Positions 47,090 to 57,425 of a stretch of 64,000 nt of DNA are shown in pieces (position 1 is the first letter of the stretch; each line of letters opens with the position of its first letter). The stretch is taken from IMG/VR virus record IMGVR_UViG_3300021185_003122, positions 16,260-80,259 of that record; one strand, given 5' to 3'. The stretch comes from a virus. Position numbers and translations under genes: made by a program. The notes under the pieces are model-generated. The model saw only the letters and a program-made list of their open reading frames with translations, made no database searches and was not told where the DNA came from.

Positions 47090-48910
47090 TTATTCTATAT
47101 TTAATTGTACTCTAACTGCATCCATATCTGAAGCATCAGTACTTGTTAATATTATTAATCCTGTAACACCGTTAATCTGTGCGGTCTTACTAAAAGTTAC
47201 AGTATATGTTGTATCTGACATAGAATCACCTAGAGTATTAATTGAACCAAAGTTTACTCTATTTTCAGTTACTTTAGCAAAATTAGTAGTAGTGTTTCCT
47301 GAATCAGCTTTTACAGAATCAAAAGATAATCTTGAATCATCAAAATTTAATCTTATTTGTGCTGCAGATAAATTACTTTCTGGTATTGATATTGTTGCTA
47401 CTACTTTATCTCCATCTTCTTCTACTATCATAGTACCATTAACCAAATCTATTTGAGCTCCTCCTACTCCTGTAAACATATTTACTGTTGATCTACCAGA
47501 TGGAGAAGATGCAAATGAAATAGATACTGCATCATTTACTATACCGTTACTAACACTTGGTGAATGAGAAAGATTTACATCACCTTTCCAAGTACCGTAT
47601 ACTTCAAATGTTTGACCTGAAGAGATATTGCTAAAGTTTACATCTATTTCAGTTAATGATCCGTTATGTGTTATACCATTTGCTTCATATGACTCTGCCG
47701 TTGTATTTGTATATGTACTACCGTCTGTAGATCTAAAGAAGTTTACACCGTTATTATTAGCATCAGTGTCATCTACATCTCCATCACTATCAATATCAAC
47801 ATACAACTCACTCACACCCATTACGTGAGCTAATAACTTATAAGTATCAGAATCGTCTAATATGTTATCATTAGCCCCATTAGTTCCTCCTGCTACATCA
47901 GCATTAAATTTTGATATACCTGCATTAATTGCTCCTGCACCATGTGTTGCTAGTTCTTTAAGAGCTAACTGTACATCTGATATAGTTAATATATCTTCAT
48001 ATAAAGTTTTAAAATTATTATTACCATCATCTACAGGTAAACCATAGTTCCATATTACTCCGTAATCTTCTGAAGTACTAGTAATATAAGAAGTAATATC
48101 TACTGATCCATCTGAAGGAACATTTAACCAGTAAGTGTTACCTGATATTAAATTAACCCAATTATCTCCATCTTTTTTAACTGGTACTAATTTAAACTTG
48201 GTCATATCAACGTTACTACCCATATTAAGTTTAGCAGTAATACCTTGCACGTCTATATCTTCTAATGGTGTATTTGTAAAGTCTTGATTTTCATATGCAT
48301 AAACTGGGCTATAAACTTTCGTTGTACCGTTTGTTAAATTAGCAGTTATCCTACCCATAGTAATCATTATGTTATCAGTATAGTCATGATTTGTACCAGC
48401 ATCTTTAACCTTGAACTTTAATTTTACAAAGTAATCTAGTTCTCCTAAATCACCACCAGTTGTTTGTGTCTGAGGGTGTAGGTTATTCCAACCAGTATTT
48501 TGACCATAGCTACCATTCTGCCATTGAGCCCATATATCGTATGCTTCATGGTTACTATTAAACGTCATCTTATATCCAGTCATTTCAAATAGACTGTTCT
48601 GTGGGTTGTCACTTGACGGTGCCATATATTCCGTTCCTAAATACGTATATGCTGCATTATTATACTCAACATCAATGTGAGCATAAGTTATGTCATGAGT
48701 ATCAGATAACCAATTCGTTAATTTGATACCAAATACAATAGTATCATTAACTTCTACATCTGCTATAGCTAAATTAGAGTTAGATGGTGAACCTAACCAC
48801 ACAAGGCCAGCTGCTCCTTCTCCATCTGCTACATCAGTAGAACTAGGTCCAGACAACTGTCCAATAGACAATGCTGGGATTAGAGTTAATAATAGTAAGA
48901 GTTTTCTCAT
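47090..48910 (-). CDS. large secreted beta-rich protein (cohesin/dockerin-like motifs)
   Basis: Signal peptide; LTISDV, ADV, GDVNLS motifs; beta-rich ends. Confidence 0.6.
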   Translation of the reverse strand: MRKLLLLLTLIPALSIGQLSGPSSTDVADGEGAAGLVWLGSPSNSNLAIADVEVNDTIVFGIKLTNWLSDTHDITYAHIDVEYNNAAYTYLGTEYMAPSSDNPQNSLFEMTGYKMTFNSNHEAYDIWAQWQNGSYGQNTGWNNLHPQTQTTGGDLGELDYFVKLKFKVKDAGTNHDYTDNIMITMGRITANLTNGTTKVYSPVYAYENQDFTNTPLEDIDVQGITAKLNMGSNVDMTKFKLVPVKKDGDNWVNLISGNTYWLNVPSDGSVDITSYITSTSEDYGVIWNYGLPVDDGNNNFKTLYEDILTISDVQLALKELATHGAGAINAGISKFNADVAGGTNGANDNILDDSDTYKLLAHVMGVSELYVDIDSDGDVDDTDANNNGVNFFRSTDGSTYTNTTAESYEANGITHNGSLTEIDVNFSNISSGQTFEVYGTWKGDVNLSHSPSVSNGIVNDAVSISFASSPSGRSTVNMFTGVGGAQIDLVNGTMIVEEDGDKVVATISIPESNLSAAQIRLNFDDSRLSFDSVKADSGNTTTNFAKVTENRVNFGSINTLGDSMSDTTYTVTFSKTAQINGVTGLIILTSTDASDMDAVRVQLNIE

Positions 48911-49004
48911 TTCTTTTTTCCTAAATTTTTGTTACTTACACCGTACATATCTCTTAGACCGTCATCAATCCAATCGAAAAAGCGAAGTAGCTTTTTTATT
49001 ATTT

Positions 49005-49475
49005 TCATATTTTTAATTTATCTATCAACTGCTCACATAGTTTCTTAATTGCTGTAGAAACGTTAGCTTGTGAAAACTTACCTCCTTCGTCTACTAATAA
49101 GGTGGCTGTTGATATAGATTTAGCAGTACCTTTCGCTACTACTTGTTTTTTCTTTTTTCCATTTTTCTTCAATGTTGCTCTAGCAATGATCTGATAAAGG
49201 TCTACGTTTTTGTTGTAAACAGCTAACTGAACATTATTCTTCTTTACATCGAAGTATAATATGTCTACAGTAATTTCGAGTTCTGAGTTTGGATTAAGAT
49301 CGTATCCATAGTCCTGGATAACTTCTTCTAACATATTGGTTACTCCAAAAGTTAGATCTCTATTCCCGACTAAGTCGCCGAGTTGTATCTTATTCTCAAC
49401 TGTTCCTAATTTAATTTCTTGTGCTGTTAAGCAGAAACTAAATAGGAAACTTAATAAAAAAAGTAAAAGCCTCAT
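49005..49475 (-). CDS. secreted hypothetical protein
   Basis: Signal peptide; first gene of the secreted module. Confidence 0.65.
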   Translation of the reverse strand: MRLLLFLLSFLFSFCLTAQEIKLGTVENKIQLGDLVGNRDLTFGVTNMLEEVIQDYGYDLNPNSELEITVDILYFDVKKNNVQLAVYNKNVDLYQIIARATLKKNGKKKKQVVAKGTAKSISTATLLVDEGGKFSQANVSTAIKKLCEQLIDKLKI

Positions 49476-49561
49476 ATTACTGCGATTTCAAGGCAACCAT
49501 TATGTTAACACTTACACGACAATTATGAAACTTCTTATATTGATAAATAGATATATAAAAC

Positions 49562-49583
49562 AAAAAAAGGGGCCGAAGCCCCT
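49562..49583 (-). terminator. intrinsic terminator
   Basis: GGGGC-TTCG-GCCCC followed by T7. Confidence 0.85.
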
Positions 49584-49603
49584 CTAATTAAACTATTGTA
49601 TTA

Positions 49604-49843
49604 TTACATTGACTTATTCTTAAGTATGTGATACAATACAAAAGCGCCTACTAATCCGAGTAGACCTTCATTGCTTAAACCACCAATAATAGCCATTACA
49701 TTGTCTACTACTGATACTTCAGGCCAGAAAGGGATATTAGCGCCTTTGAATAGTACTTCTAATACTATACCAAGTGCAATAATTGTTACACCCACATCTG
49801 TCAGTTTCTTAGCCCAAGAGCTAAAAGTTTCTAAAAAATTCAT
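49604..49843 (-). CDS. small membrane protein (2 TM), monocistronic
   Basis: 79 aa between two terminators, with its own CTATTTAT motif. Confidence 0.7.
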   Translation of the reverse strand: MNFLETFSSWAKKLTDVGVTIIALGIVLEVLFKGANIPFWPEVSVVDNVMAIIGGLSNEGLLGLVGAFVLYHILKNKSM

Positions 49844-49911
49844 ATGTTGATTTTTAATTAGACATATAAAACTGTCCGACTTTGGATAGGAATTCCGTCT
49901 TATAAATAGGC

Positions 49912-49938
49912 AAAAAAAAAAGAGGCCCGAAGGCCTCT
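49912..49938 (-). terminator. intrinsic terminator
   Basis: AGAGGCC-TTCG-GGCCTCT followed by T9. Confidence 0.88.
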
Positions 49939-49970
49939 GTTATTCATATTCGTGAATCCCGGGGTAAGCA

Positions 49971-50192
49971 TCAGTCAATGGATTGAATTTCCTTTGGGAG
50001 GAATTCAGCATTGACGTGTCCACATTCGACACATTTGAAGATTGGGATTGGGATATAAGAAGGTTTGGACTGACCTGTAAGGAGTCCTGAAGCCTTTCTG
50101 ATAATGAGAGCTTGGTCGAAGTAGACTCCTCCGCACTCTTCACATGTAACTGATTGTGTTTGATTGATGTCGACATTAATATTCTGCTGCAT
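49971..50192 (-). CDS. zinc-ribbon protein
   Basis: CEECG...CVECG. Confidence 0.7.
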   Translation of the reverse strand: MQQNINVDINQTQSVTCEECGGVYFDQALIIRKASGLLTGQSKPSYIPIPIFKCVECGHVNAEFLPKEIQSID

Positions 50193-50482
50193 TATTTAGT
50201 GGTTTTCTTAGCACGAGGCTTTCTACCTTTTCTTGGTTTACCTTTAACAGCTCCGGCAACATCTCCGGCTTGATCAACTACATCTTTTGCAGCATCAGCA
50301 ACGTCTTTAAGCTCTTCTTTTACTCTCTTAGCTCTACGTTTGACTTCTTTAACAGTATCCTCAACTTTATCAGGAATACCATCTTTGTCATCATCTTTAG
50401 TAAGTCCGAAAAACTTCGTACCTACCCATACTGCTCCAGCAACTGCTGCCAAAACCAGTACAATAATTAGAATTGTTTTCAT
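50192..50482 (-). CDS. membrane-anchored YtxH-like protein with basic tail
   Basis: TM plus charged helix; promoter at 50515-50546. Confidence 0.6.
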   Translation of the reverse strand: MKTILIIVLVLAAVAGAVWVGTKFFGLTKDDDKDGIPDKVEDTVKEVKRRAKRVKEELKDVADAAKDVVDQAGDVAGAVKGKPRKGRKPRAKKTTK

Positions 50483-50527
50483 TTATAAATTATTTAATTA
50501 ACGTTAATATACTATAAATATAAGAAG

Positions 50528-51127
50528 TTAAACTAAGGTTACCAACTTTTGACTACCTTTTTTTAATTTTGTCGCCCAAAATATTTCATTTAACTCTTCA
50601 CCTATATCTATCATTTCAAATTCTTTATTAACTTCTTCCATGTCTACATCAGTAATATCACACCAATTCCACTTTTTATCTTTAATATTTTCATTAAAGT
50701 ATTCTGTAGAAGTAAAGTAATCATGAACTGCAATAACATCATTTGGTTTAATAAATCTAACGAATTTTCTATACTGATGAATTTTATTAAAAGCATCACA
50801 TAAGACTAATGTTCTACCAGGAAGAGATATAAAAGGAAGTAGTATAGTATTGACAAAATTTATATCAAAAAAATCTCCAATATAAACATCAGCAATGTTA
50901 TATGTTCTGCTATCTATAATCGTTTTTTCTTTTTCGACAGTTAGTATAGGAACATCGGTATAATCTCTTAGTATTTTTGTTAAACCACCATTAGCAGTTC
51001 CTAACTCTAATATTCTTTCCGGCTTAATTATATTTAGGTACCTTTCAAAGTATTCAGAGCATTGAGGGTCTTGCTGTAATCTGTATCCGTCAACTATGTT
51101 ATATCCGTCCTTGAGTAAGTTGCTCAT
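50528..51127 (-). CDS. class I SAM-dependent methyltransferase (CmcI-like)
   Basis: ILELGTANGG...VHD. Confidence 0.7.
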   Translation of the reverse strand: MSNLLKDGYNIVDGYRLQQDPQCSEYFERYLNIIKPERILELGTANGGLTKILRDYTDVPILTVEKEKTIIDSRTYNIADVYIGDFFDINFVNTILLPFISLPGRTLVLCDAFNKIHQYRKFVRFIKPNDVIAVHDYFTSTEYFNENIKDKKWNWCDITDVDMEEVNKEFEMIDIGEELNEIFWATKLKKGSQKLVTLV

Positions 51128-52202
51128 AATTAATACCTATTTTACTTAAAAATACTTTATCTATAATTTTTTTCTTATGTTCTTTAGATAGTAATAGATT
51201 TTTATTATACTCACATATAGTTTTAACTTCGTCACTATCGTAGTATTTTACTAACTCTTGGGCAGCATCGATTACCCGCTTATACCTGTCTATATTATTT
51301 GCGTTATCATAACTTTCATCTATAATAGAAGAGAAAGTTTTAAACCCTAGCTTTTTCAACTCTTCTAAAAATCCTTTTGTACTATTAACTACGAAAGGTT
51401 TTTCCATTAGAATAGATTTAAATATCTTTTCAGTCATGTGACATTGATCATCTTCAAAATAATAAGTTTCATTTACTATTTCAACTTTACAGTTATGATA
51501 CCATTTAGGATTAAACCCATACAAAAATGTTCCATCATCTTTTGCAATATGCTCTCCATAAGATAGGTCTCCTTCAGGTTGTCTTTTATCTATAATATCT
51601 TTATCTGTAGTAACTAGATTATCTGATACGTAAGAGTATAATGTGTTTTTAAGTAAATCTCTTTCTTTAAGTTCTTTTAATACCAAGAGCTTACCGTCTC
51701 TCATTCTTCTGTTAAGACATAGAAAGTCATATTCTTTAACTGTATGATTATCTTCTATGTTAAATAATTTAAATTTATATCCAGTAGAAATAAAAAAATG
51801 AGGAAAGAAAATAGAACGTATATTGTAACCTCCGTATTGATTATCTACTGAAGGATTTAGTTTACTATTGTTAAATGCTAAAAATACTTTATTGAAATCT
51901 ATATTATTGCTCTGGAGAAAGTTAAGATACTTCCTAATTGAATTATTTATAACAGATCCTTCCATTGTAGCATCAAGTATAATAGTATTACCTTGATCTA
52001 TAAAATCTCTAATGGTTTTTATAAAGAGAGGACTAGTAATAAATTTATTCCAATCAGAAAACTTTTTATGGTATGTATCTTTAGAGGATGAAAAGTAAGT
52101 ATTTATTTCGACTACTATAAGAGAATGAGTTATATCAAGATGAATCAAATCATCTATCATTCCGTTTATATCTAATCGCTTAACAGCATCTTTCATCTGC
52201 AA
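51099..52202 (-). CDS. hypothetical protein (glycosyltransferase-like)
   Basis: FLCLNRR...ET...TEKIFK...GFKTF...DESYD. Confidence 0.55.
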   Translation of the reverse strand: MQMKDAVKRLDINGMIDDLIHLDITHSLIVVEINTYFSSSKDTYHKKFSDWNKFITSPLFIKTIRDFIDQGNTIILDATMEGSVINNSIRKYLNFLQSNNIDFNKVFLAFNNSKLNPSVDNQYGGYNIRSIFFPHFFISTGYKFKLFNIEDNHTVKEYDFLCLNRRMRDGKLLVLKELKERDLLKNTLYSYVSDNLVTTDKDIIDKRQPEGDLSYGEHIAKDDGTFLYGFNPKWYHNCKVEIVNETYYFEDDQCHMTEKIFKSILMEKPFVVNSTKGFLEELKKLGFKTFSSIIDESYDNANNIDRYKRVIDAAQELVKYYDSDEVKTICEYNKNLLLSKEHKKKIIDKVFLSKIGINYEQLTQGRI

Positions 52203-52719
52203 ATACTAAATTAGAAGGTCTGTTATTATCTCTCAACCTCCATCCTCTTAGCCCAAACCTCTTTTCCATCTTATCGTAGAATGAAAGTATAGATGTATTA
52301 GGTTTAGCAGATTCTCTATCGTACTGTTCTTTAGTCATATTGAACTCTAATACAAAAGCCTTCTTAAGAGCTTCTAACTTAATCTTCTCGTCTTTATCTC
52401 TATCTTCTTGAAGTCTCTTTATACGAGCTTTATCAATCTGAGTATCTTCTCTGAAAGTATCTTCGTGTTTATGTATTAAGAACTTCTCATTTATTCTATG
52501 CTGAGCTAGTTCTATTTCAAATATATAGGGACCTAAATCGAAATCACCATTCTCTATTCTTGTACGAAGAGGAGATATATCCGGTAAAGGTTTCTTCTTG
52601 AGACTATAAGAACGCCACCACATAAAGCGGTCGTACTTTTTTTTGAAGTAGTTAGCACCAAGGTGCTTCTCTAACCACTTTTTTTCATGTATAGGTTTAT
52701 AAGGAAGAAGTTGTATCAT
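52180..52719 (-). CDS. hypothetical protein
   Basis: 179-aa ORF. Confidence 0.65.
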   Translation of the reverse strand: MIQLLPYKPIHEKKWLEKHLGANYFKKKYDRFMWWRSYSLKKKPLPDISPLRTRIENGDFDLGPYIFEIELAQHRINEKFLIHKHEDTFREDTQIDKARIKRLQEDRDKDEKIKLEALKKAFVLEFNMTKEQYDRESAKPNTSILSFYDKMEKRFGLRGWRLRDNNRPSNLVFADERCC

Positions 52720-52721
52720 AT

Positions 52722-53345
52722 CTAAATATAGTAATTTTTATTCAGACTACCAACTAAATTAAACTGTTTTTGTACCCATAATGCAAACTGTATGTTACCA
52801 TTTTCGTTCCAATGATAATCGTCAACTACACCACTAGACTTAGATTTATATGATTCAAATAATGTCCATCTTTCTTCTTCATAAGGTATATGGAAAAAAC
52901 TAACATCTATATTTTCAAAGTAAACTTTTAAATCAAGAAAAATACTAGAATAAAATGCTATAAATTTATCAGCATATTGATGTCTATGTTCATAGGTGTA
53001 ATTAACTAATGAGTGTTTTTTCTCTTTAGGTAAAAAATCATATTTGTCTATATTGGCAATCATTCTTGCAGTTGTAGGAACAACCTTATCTAATTTTTCA
53101 CTATACACCTCAGTTCTAACTGGGTCAGTTTCTAACACAAATACTTTATCTCCTTTTTTTATATTAGGTAAATTAGATATTATTTCTTTTATGATGAATA
53201 GCTGAGAGGCTCCTCCTTTACCTGTGTTTATATAGTTATATTCTGGATATAATGTATGTATAAGTCTAGGCCATATTTTATCAGTACCTTTTAACTTATG
53301 ACCTTCAGTAAATGAATCACCAAAAAAGAAAATACAATTTTTCAT
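52722..53345 (-). CDS. SGNH-like protein
   Basis: FFGDSFT...N.G.GG...DYHWN. Confidence 0.6.
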   Translation of the reverse strand: MKNCIFFFGDSFTEGHKLKGTDKIWPRLIHTLYPEYNYINTGKGGASQLFIIKEIISNLPNIKKGDKVFVLETDPVRTEVYSEKLDKVVPTTARMIANIDKYDFLPKEKKHSLVNYTYEHRHQYADKFIAFYSSIFLDLKVYFENIDVSFFHIPYEEERWTLFESYKSKSSGVVDDYHWNENGNIQFALWVQKQFNLVGSLNKNYYI

Positions 53346-54058
53346 ATTATAGAAGGATTAGCTAATTTAAATTCCCATCCAAGTTTAGAGTAAATATTAA
53401 CTAATTTATCTCTAACTGGTTTATGAGTGGGGTATCTCCATTGAGCTGCATCATCTACTCCTCTTTGACCTACAGACATATCTTGCCAGGAGTCTATGTT
53501 ACTTTTATCACTATTTAGTACATAGGTAGGAATATTTTCCTTATAACATATAAACCCTAAATGTATATCTTCGCCCCATTTATCGTCATGTATTTTATAC
53601 TTACAGTACTCTCTTAAAAGTTCAGTTTTAAAAAGATAACCCTGTCCGCCCATATCAACCTGTCTAGGTTTATTTAAATGTATATCTGCTGATATTCGTT
53701 CCTTTACATTGTAGCTGGTTGAGCCTTCTTCAAATATCATTCCGTAGTTTACTATACAAGCATCTTTTTTTTCTAAAAAATTTATACACCTTTCTAAATA
53801 CCTCTTACCAGGAAGTATATCGTCATCGCATATGAAAACATAAGGAGTATCAATATTCAATGAAGAAATAAACCTGTTGTACAAAGGTGCACTTTTATGT
53901 TGATTACGATAAATTATAGCAGGATAATCTAACATATAATCATCTTTCCTATTCCAGTGTATTAGTATTTTACTTTCAATAGATTGATTACGGATAGCTT
54001 TTAATTGACTTGGTAGATAATCTAATCTATCCATTACGGTTAAAACTGTTGTTATCAT
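53342..54058 (-). CDS. GT2-like glycosyltransferase
   Basis: ICDDD, GEDI. Confidence 0.7.
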   Translation of the reverse strand: MITTVLTVMDRLDYLPSQLKAIRNQSIESKILIHWNRKDDYMLDYPAIIYRNQHKSAPLYNRFISSLNIDTPYVFICDDDILPGKRYLERCINFLEKKDACIVNYGMIFEEGSTSYNVKERISADIHLNKPRQVDMGGQGYLFKTELLREYCKYKIHDDKWGEDIHLGFICYKENIPTYVLNSDKSNIDSWQDMSVGQRGVDDAAQWRYPTHKPVRDKLVNIYSKLGWEFKLANPSII

Positions 54059-54525
54059 ATTAAATCTGTTTGAATATCATACCCTAAGTAAATATGTAAA
54101 ATATAGTCCGATTGAACTTCTAATCTCTCATGAGGTATCTTAGTTCCTCTAAAATAACATCCTTCACCTTCTTGTAAATTAACTACAATTGTATTGTTAT
54201 CATAAAATACTAATGAGTTATCTTTTTTATCAGATTGTTTAACTATAATAGAAATAGCAAACTCTGCAGCATCGTCTGTATGTTTTTTTAACTTATCTCC
54301 TTTTTTATACATTCTTATACCTGAGAATCTATTAGTAAGGTTAAATCCAGTTTCTTTTTCTAATATAGGTTTAATTTTATTAAGATAAGGAATAAAAAAT
54401 TTATCTTGTCTAATTGCTTTAGTACCAACGGCCTGATGATCGTCTGGTTTATTTTTATATGTAATCCACCAATCGTGTATTAGATTTCTATCCTCTTCAG
54501 TAAGTAAATTTTTTAATACTTTCAT
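54055..54525 (-). CDS. 2OG-Fe(II) oxygenase
   Basis: RMY...LKKHTD...HER. Confidence 0.7.
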   Translation of the reverse strand: MKVLKNLLTEEDRNLIHDWWITYKNKPDDHQAVGTKAIRQDKFFIPYLNKIKPILEKETGFNLTNRFSGIRMYKKGDKLKKHTDDAAEFAISIIVKQSDKKDNSLVFYDNNTIVVNLQEGEGCYFRGTKIPHERLEVQSDYILHIYLGYDIQTDLI

Positions 54526-55205
54526 ATGAGTGGTTTATTGCCGTATTCGTCTATTACCTCCTGTAATCCTTTTGTAGGATAAAAACCAAATTCCTCTAAT
54601 TTTCTTCCTTGTTTATTTATCTTTCTATAGGTCTCTACTCTTTCAATTGACTTTTCCAATCTTCCCCTAACCCATCTATAATGATCAATATCAATATAAT
54701 CATCTGAAGGTTCTATATTTTCTAAATGATGAGGAGATGTAAATTTTATGTCATAAGGAAATAAACAAGGTTTCATAAGATTCCTACCCCATTTGCTTTT
54801 ATCACTTATAACAGGAAATTGCTCCTCTAAACCTTTATCAGTAATAAATGATAAAGAAGAATCTAATGACTCTCTATCTCTTAACTTACCCCATACTGTA
54901 CCTTCTAAAGGTCTATCCCATATCTGGTATTCATCTACATCTGCTGTTAAAATTAGTCCTTCTGTTTGTAATTGATTTAGTTTATCCATTTTTTGATCAC
55001 AACTAAACTCTCCTACCCAGGTAAATATTTCAACTTTGTCACCTAAAGGTTTTAGTAGATGTTCAAACTTCGATGAATAAAATTTAAATTTAGAATGAAA
55101 AATTAACTTATAACGATCTATATCTAACTTACTATAGTGCTTTACAAAATGAGGAAGTAAAGGTAAATCATAATCAACGCTAATACAAGATGTAAGAGTA
55201 ATCAT
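54522..55205 (-). CDS. GT-A glycosyltransferase-like protein
   Basis: LPHFVKHY...ADVDE...HYRW. Confidence 0.6.
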   Translation of the reverse strand: MITLTSCISVDYDLPLLPHFVKHYSKLDIDRYKLIFHSKFKFYSSKFEHLLKPLGDKVEIFTWVGEFSCDQKMDKLNQLQTEGLILTADVDEYQIWDRPLEGTVWGKLRDRESLDSSLSFITDKGLEEQFPVISDKSKWGRNLMKPCLFPYDIKFTSPHHLENIEPSDDYIDIDHYRWVRGRLEKSIERVETYRKINKQGRKLEEFGFYPTKGLQEVIDEYGNKPLI

Positions 55206-55669
55206 ATAACTGAAATTTTTTCGTCAAAAAATACTGATATAGTCTGTCTAAAGCCTTCTGTGATTTCAGTTACACTATGAGGGTTTTTTGCACCGTTAAA
55301 TATCAGATAGTCTCCATTAGATTTAAAATTATCTACAATAGTACCATTTAAAACTAACTCACCACCTTTAAAATTATCTTCAGTAATTATAACTAAAGTA
55401 AGAGCAGATAAATCTCTATGTTCGTTAATAAGTTCTCCTGGTCTATAATTAACTATGTGAATATTTTTTACTTTTAATGTATCTTGTTTGGCAACATCGC
55501 ATAAAAAATTTACCAATTCTTTATTCTCAAAACTAACTGGAATAAATTGGGTTTTTAATCTCTTTTTATTAGGACCTTGTATAGTTGTATACTTACTATA
55601 TCCTTCAGTCTTAACATCGGACATAAGACCTTTTAGTTTAGTAAACTGCTCTGTAGTTAGTTTATTCAT
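55202..55669 (-). CDS. 2OG-Fe(II) oxygenase
   Basis: HRD...FKGGEL...HSVTEITEGFR. Confidence 0.8.
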   Translation of the reverse strand: MNKLTTEQFTKLKGLMSDVKTEGYSKYTTIQGPNKKRLKTQFIPVSFENKELVNFLCDVAKQDTLKVKNIHIVNYRPGELINEHRDLSALTLVIITEDNFKGGELVLNGTIVDNFKSNGDYLIFNGAKNPHSVTEITEGFRQTISVFFDEKISVI

Positions 55670-56199
55670 ATTAAGTACTTATACTCCTCCCCTCCACATC
55701 TCAAGGTGTATCTTTCAGTAACTGTATTCCAGTTGTCGAAGTAAATATAAATAGTTTTTTTAAGACTGTAGTCTAATATAGCTCTGTATCCGTTAGTATA
55801 GAATATTCTACCTGAATTATTTTCAGGTCTTAAATCTATAGGCATAAAAGCACCTCCTACAAAAACTACCTTACTTTCGTTTAAAGGCTGGTAAGAAGAT
55901 TTCCAATCTGTAGTAACTACATCTGTATTAAACCAAGTCCAACCTTTAGTATCACCATCAAAGTTCCACAATTCACATATAGAACCAAATTTAAGTCTGT
56001 CTATAACATCATCTAAATTGGGTCTTTCTTTCCAATCTGAAAGTCTTAAATCAGAATAGTGTATAAGTTTTTCAAATACATCAAGATAGTATTGAAAATT
56101 TTCACTGGTAACGAAATCAAAAGAATATCTATCGTCAGGAACTTTATCAATTAGATTCTTTTTATCAATCTTAAATTGAGTAATTTCTGATAGATTCAT
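55666..56199 (-). CDS. hypothetical protein (possible GNAT fold)
   Basis: 177-aa ORF. Confidence 0.55.
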   Translation of the reverse strand: MNLSEITQFKIDKKNLIDKVPDDRYSFDFVTSENFQYYLDVFEKLIHYSDLRLSDWKERPNLDDVIDRLKFGSICELWNFDGDTKGWTWFNTDVVTTDWKSSYQPLNESKVVFVGGAFMPIDLRPENNSGRIFYTNGYRAILDYSLKKTIYIYFDNWNTVTERYTLRCGGEEYKYLI

Positions 56200-56459
56200 T
56201 CACCAATATCCAAAATTTTAGCAGCCATCCGAATAACATCTTCATCATACTCAACAAGTAATCCATATGCTTTTTTCTTTAACGCTGATGTTGGATGTTG
56301 AATTACTTCTCTACCGTCAATACCCCTATCAAATGGTCTTCTTGTTACAGTCTCACCACCGTCTGGAGATTCATAGATAAAAGTACCAGCTGATGTAGCT
56401 GTTTGAGTACTTTTCTTTGCCTCCTGCATTTCATGCCATTTTTTTACTGAATCACTCAT
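56196..56459 (-). CDS. hypothetical phage protein
   Basis: IYESPDGGETV motif. Confidence 0.65.
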   Translation of the reverse strand: MSDSVKKWHEMQEAKKSTQTATSAGTFIYESPDGGETVTRRPFDRGIDGREVIQHPTSALKKKAYGLLVEYDEDVIRMAAKILDIGE

Positions 56460-56460
56460 A

Positions 56461-57408
56461 TTATAACCAATTAAAATTATTTCCCATATGCCCCCATTCA
56501 GCTGTTTTACTGAATATAGGCTTCTTTAAATCTAAAAACTCTATTACACCCTTTGGAGATAAATCATATCCTTCAACTTCTCTTTTAACTCCATCTATAA
56601 TAGCTGTAGCTTCTAAAGGTTGATCATGACCAATTGCATAAGCAAGTCTAACTAGTACTTCTTCTGCTTTATATCTTCTTAAATATTCAACTGCGATTGC
56701 TCTAGCCATGTAAGCTGCAGATCTATCTACTTTAGTCGCATCTTTACCTGAGAATGCTCCGCCACCTAAAGGAACTCTAGGACCATAATTATCTACTGCT
56801 AGTTTTCTTCCTGTTAGTCCAGCATCTGCATCGAATCCACCTAATAACCAATCACCGGCTGGGTTACAATGTAAGTCTTCTATTCTGTAATCAGGATATT
56901 GATCGAAAAATTCAACCACTAGGTCTTTAAGAATATTAGTAGGAGTGCAGCAAAATGAAGCTACTACCCTTAATGAGTTACCATTCATAGTAACTTGAGT
57001 TTTTCCATCGTACGGATACTTTTCGTATATATGTTGTGCTAATTTGCGAGCTAAGTAATACTCTTGAGGAACGTATTCTTCATTGTCGTTACAAGCATAT
57101 CCTATCATAATACCTTGATCTCCTGCTCCTCCTGTATCGACTCCTTGAGCAATTTCTGGTGATTGTCTAACTATGTTAGTCTGTACTCCGATATCCTTAC
57201 CGTATACTCTTTTAACTACCTCTGGTACATCTACAAATGCTTTAGTTGTCAACTCTCCAGTGACAGTTATAATCCCATGACCGCCCATCGTTTCGATAGC
57301 CGCTCTTGTATCTGGATCTTGTTTAAGACATTCGTCTAATATTGCATCTGAAATTCTATCACAGATCTTGTCTGGATGATTTGGTGTTACTACTTCTGCT
57401 GTTCTCAT
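56461..57408 (-). CDS. metK: S-adenosylmethionine synthetase
   Basis: HPDKICD, GAGDQG, GLTGRK, GGGAFSGKDATKVDRS. Confidence 0.95.
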   Translation of the reverse strand: MRTAEVVTPNHPDKICDRISDAILDECLKQDPDTRAAIETMGGHGIITVTGELTTKAFVDVPEVVKRVYGKDIGVQTNIVRQSPEIAQGVDTGGAGDQGIMIGYACNDNEEYVPQEYYLARKLAQHIYEKYPYDGKTQVTMNGNSLRVVASFCCTPTNILKDLVVEFFDQYPDYRIEDLHCNPAGDWLLGGFDADAGLTGRKLAVDNYGPRVPLGGGAFSGKDATKVDRSAAYMARAIAVEYLRRYKAEEVLVRLAYAIGHDQPLEATAIIDGVKREVEGYDLSPKGVIEFLDLKKPIFSKTAEWGHMGNNFNWL

Positions 57409-57425
57409 AACTGTAATATACGAAA

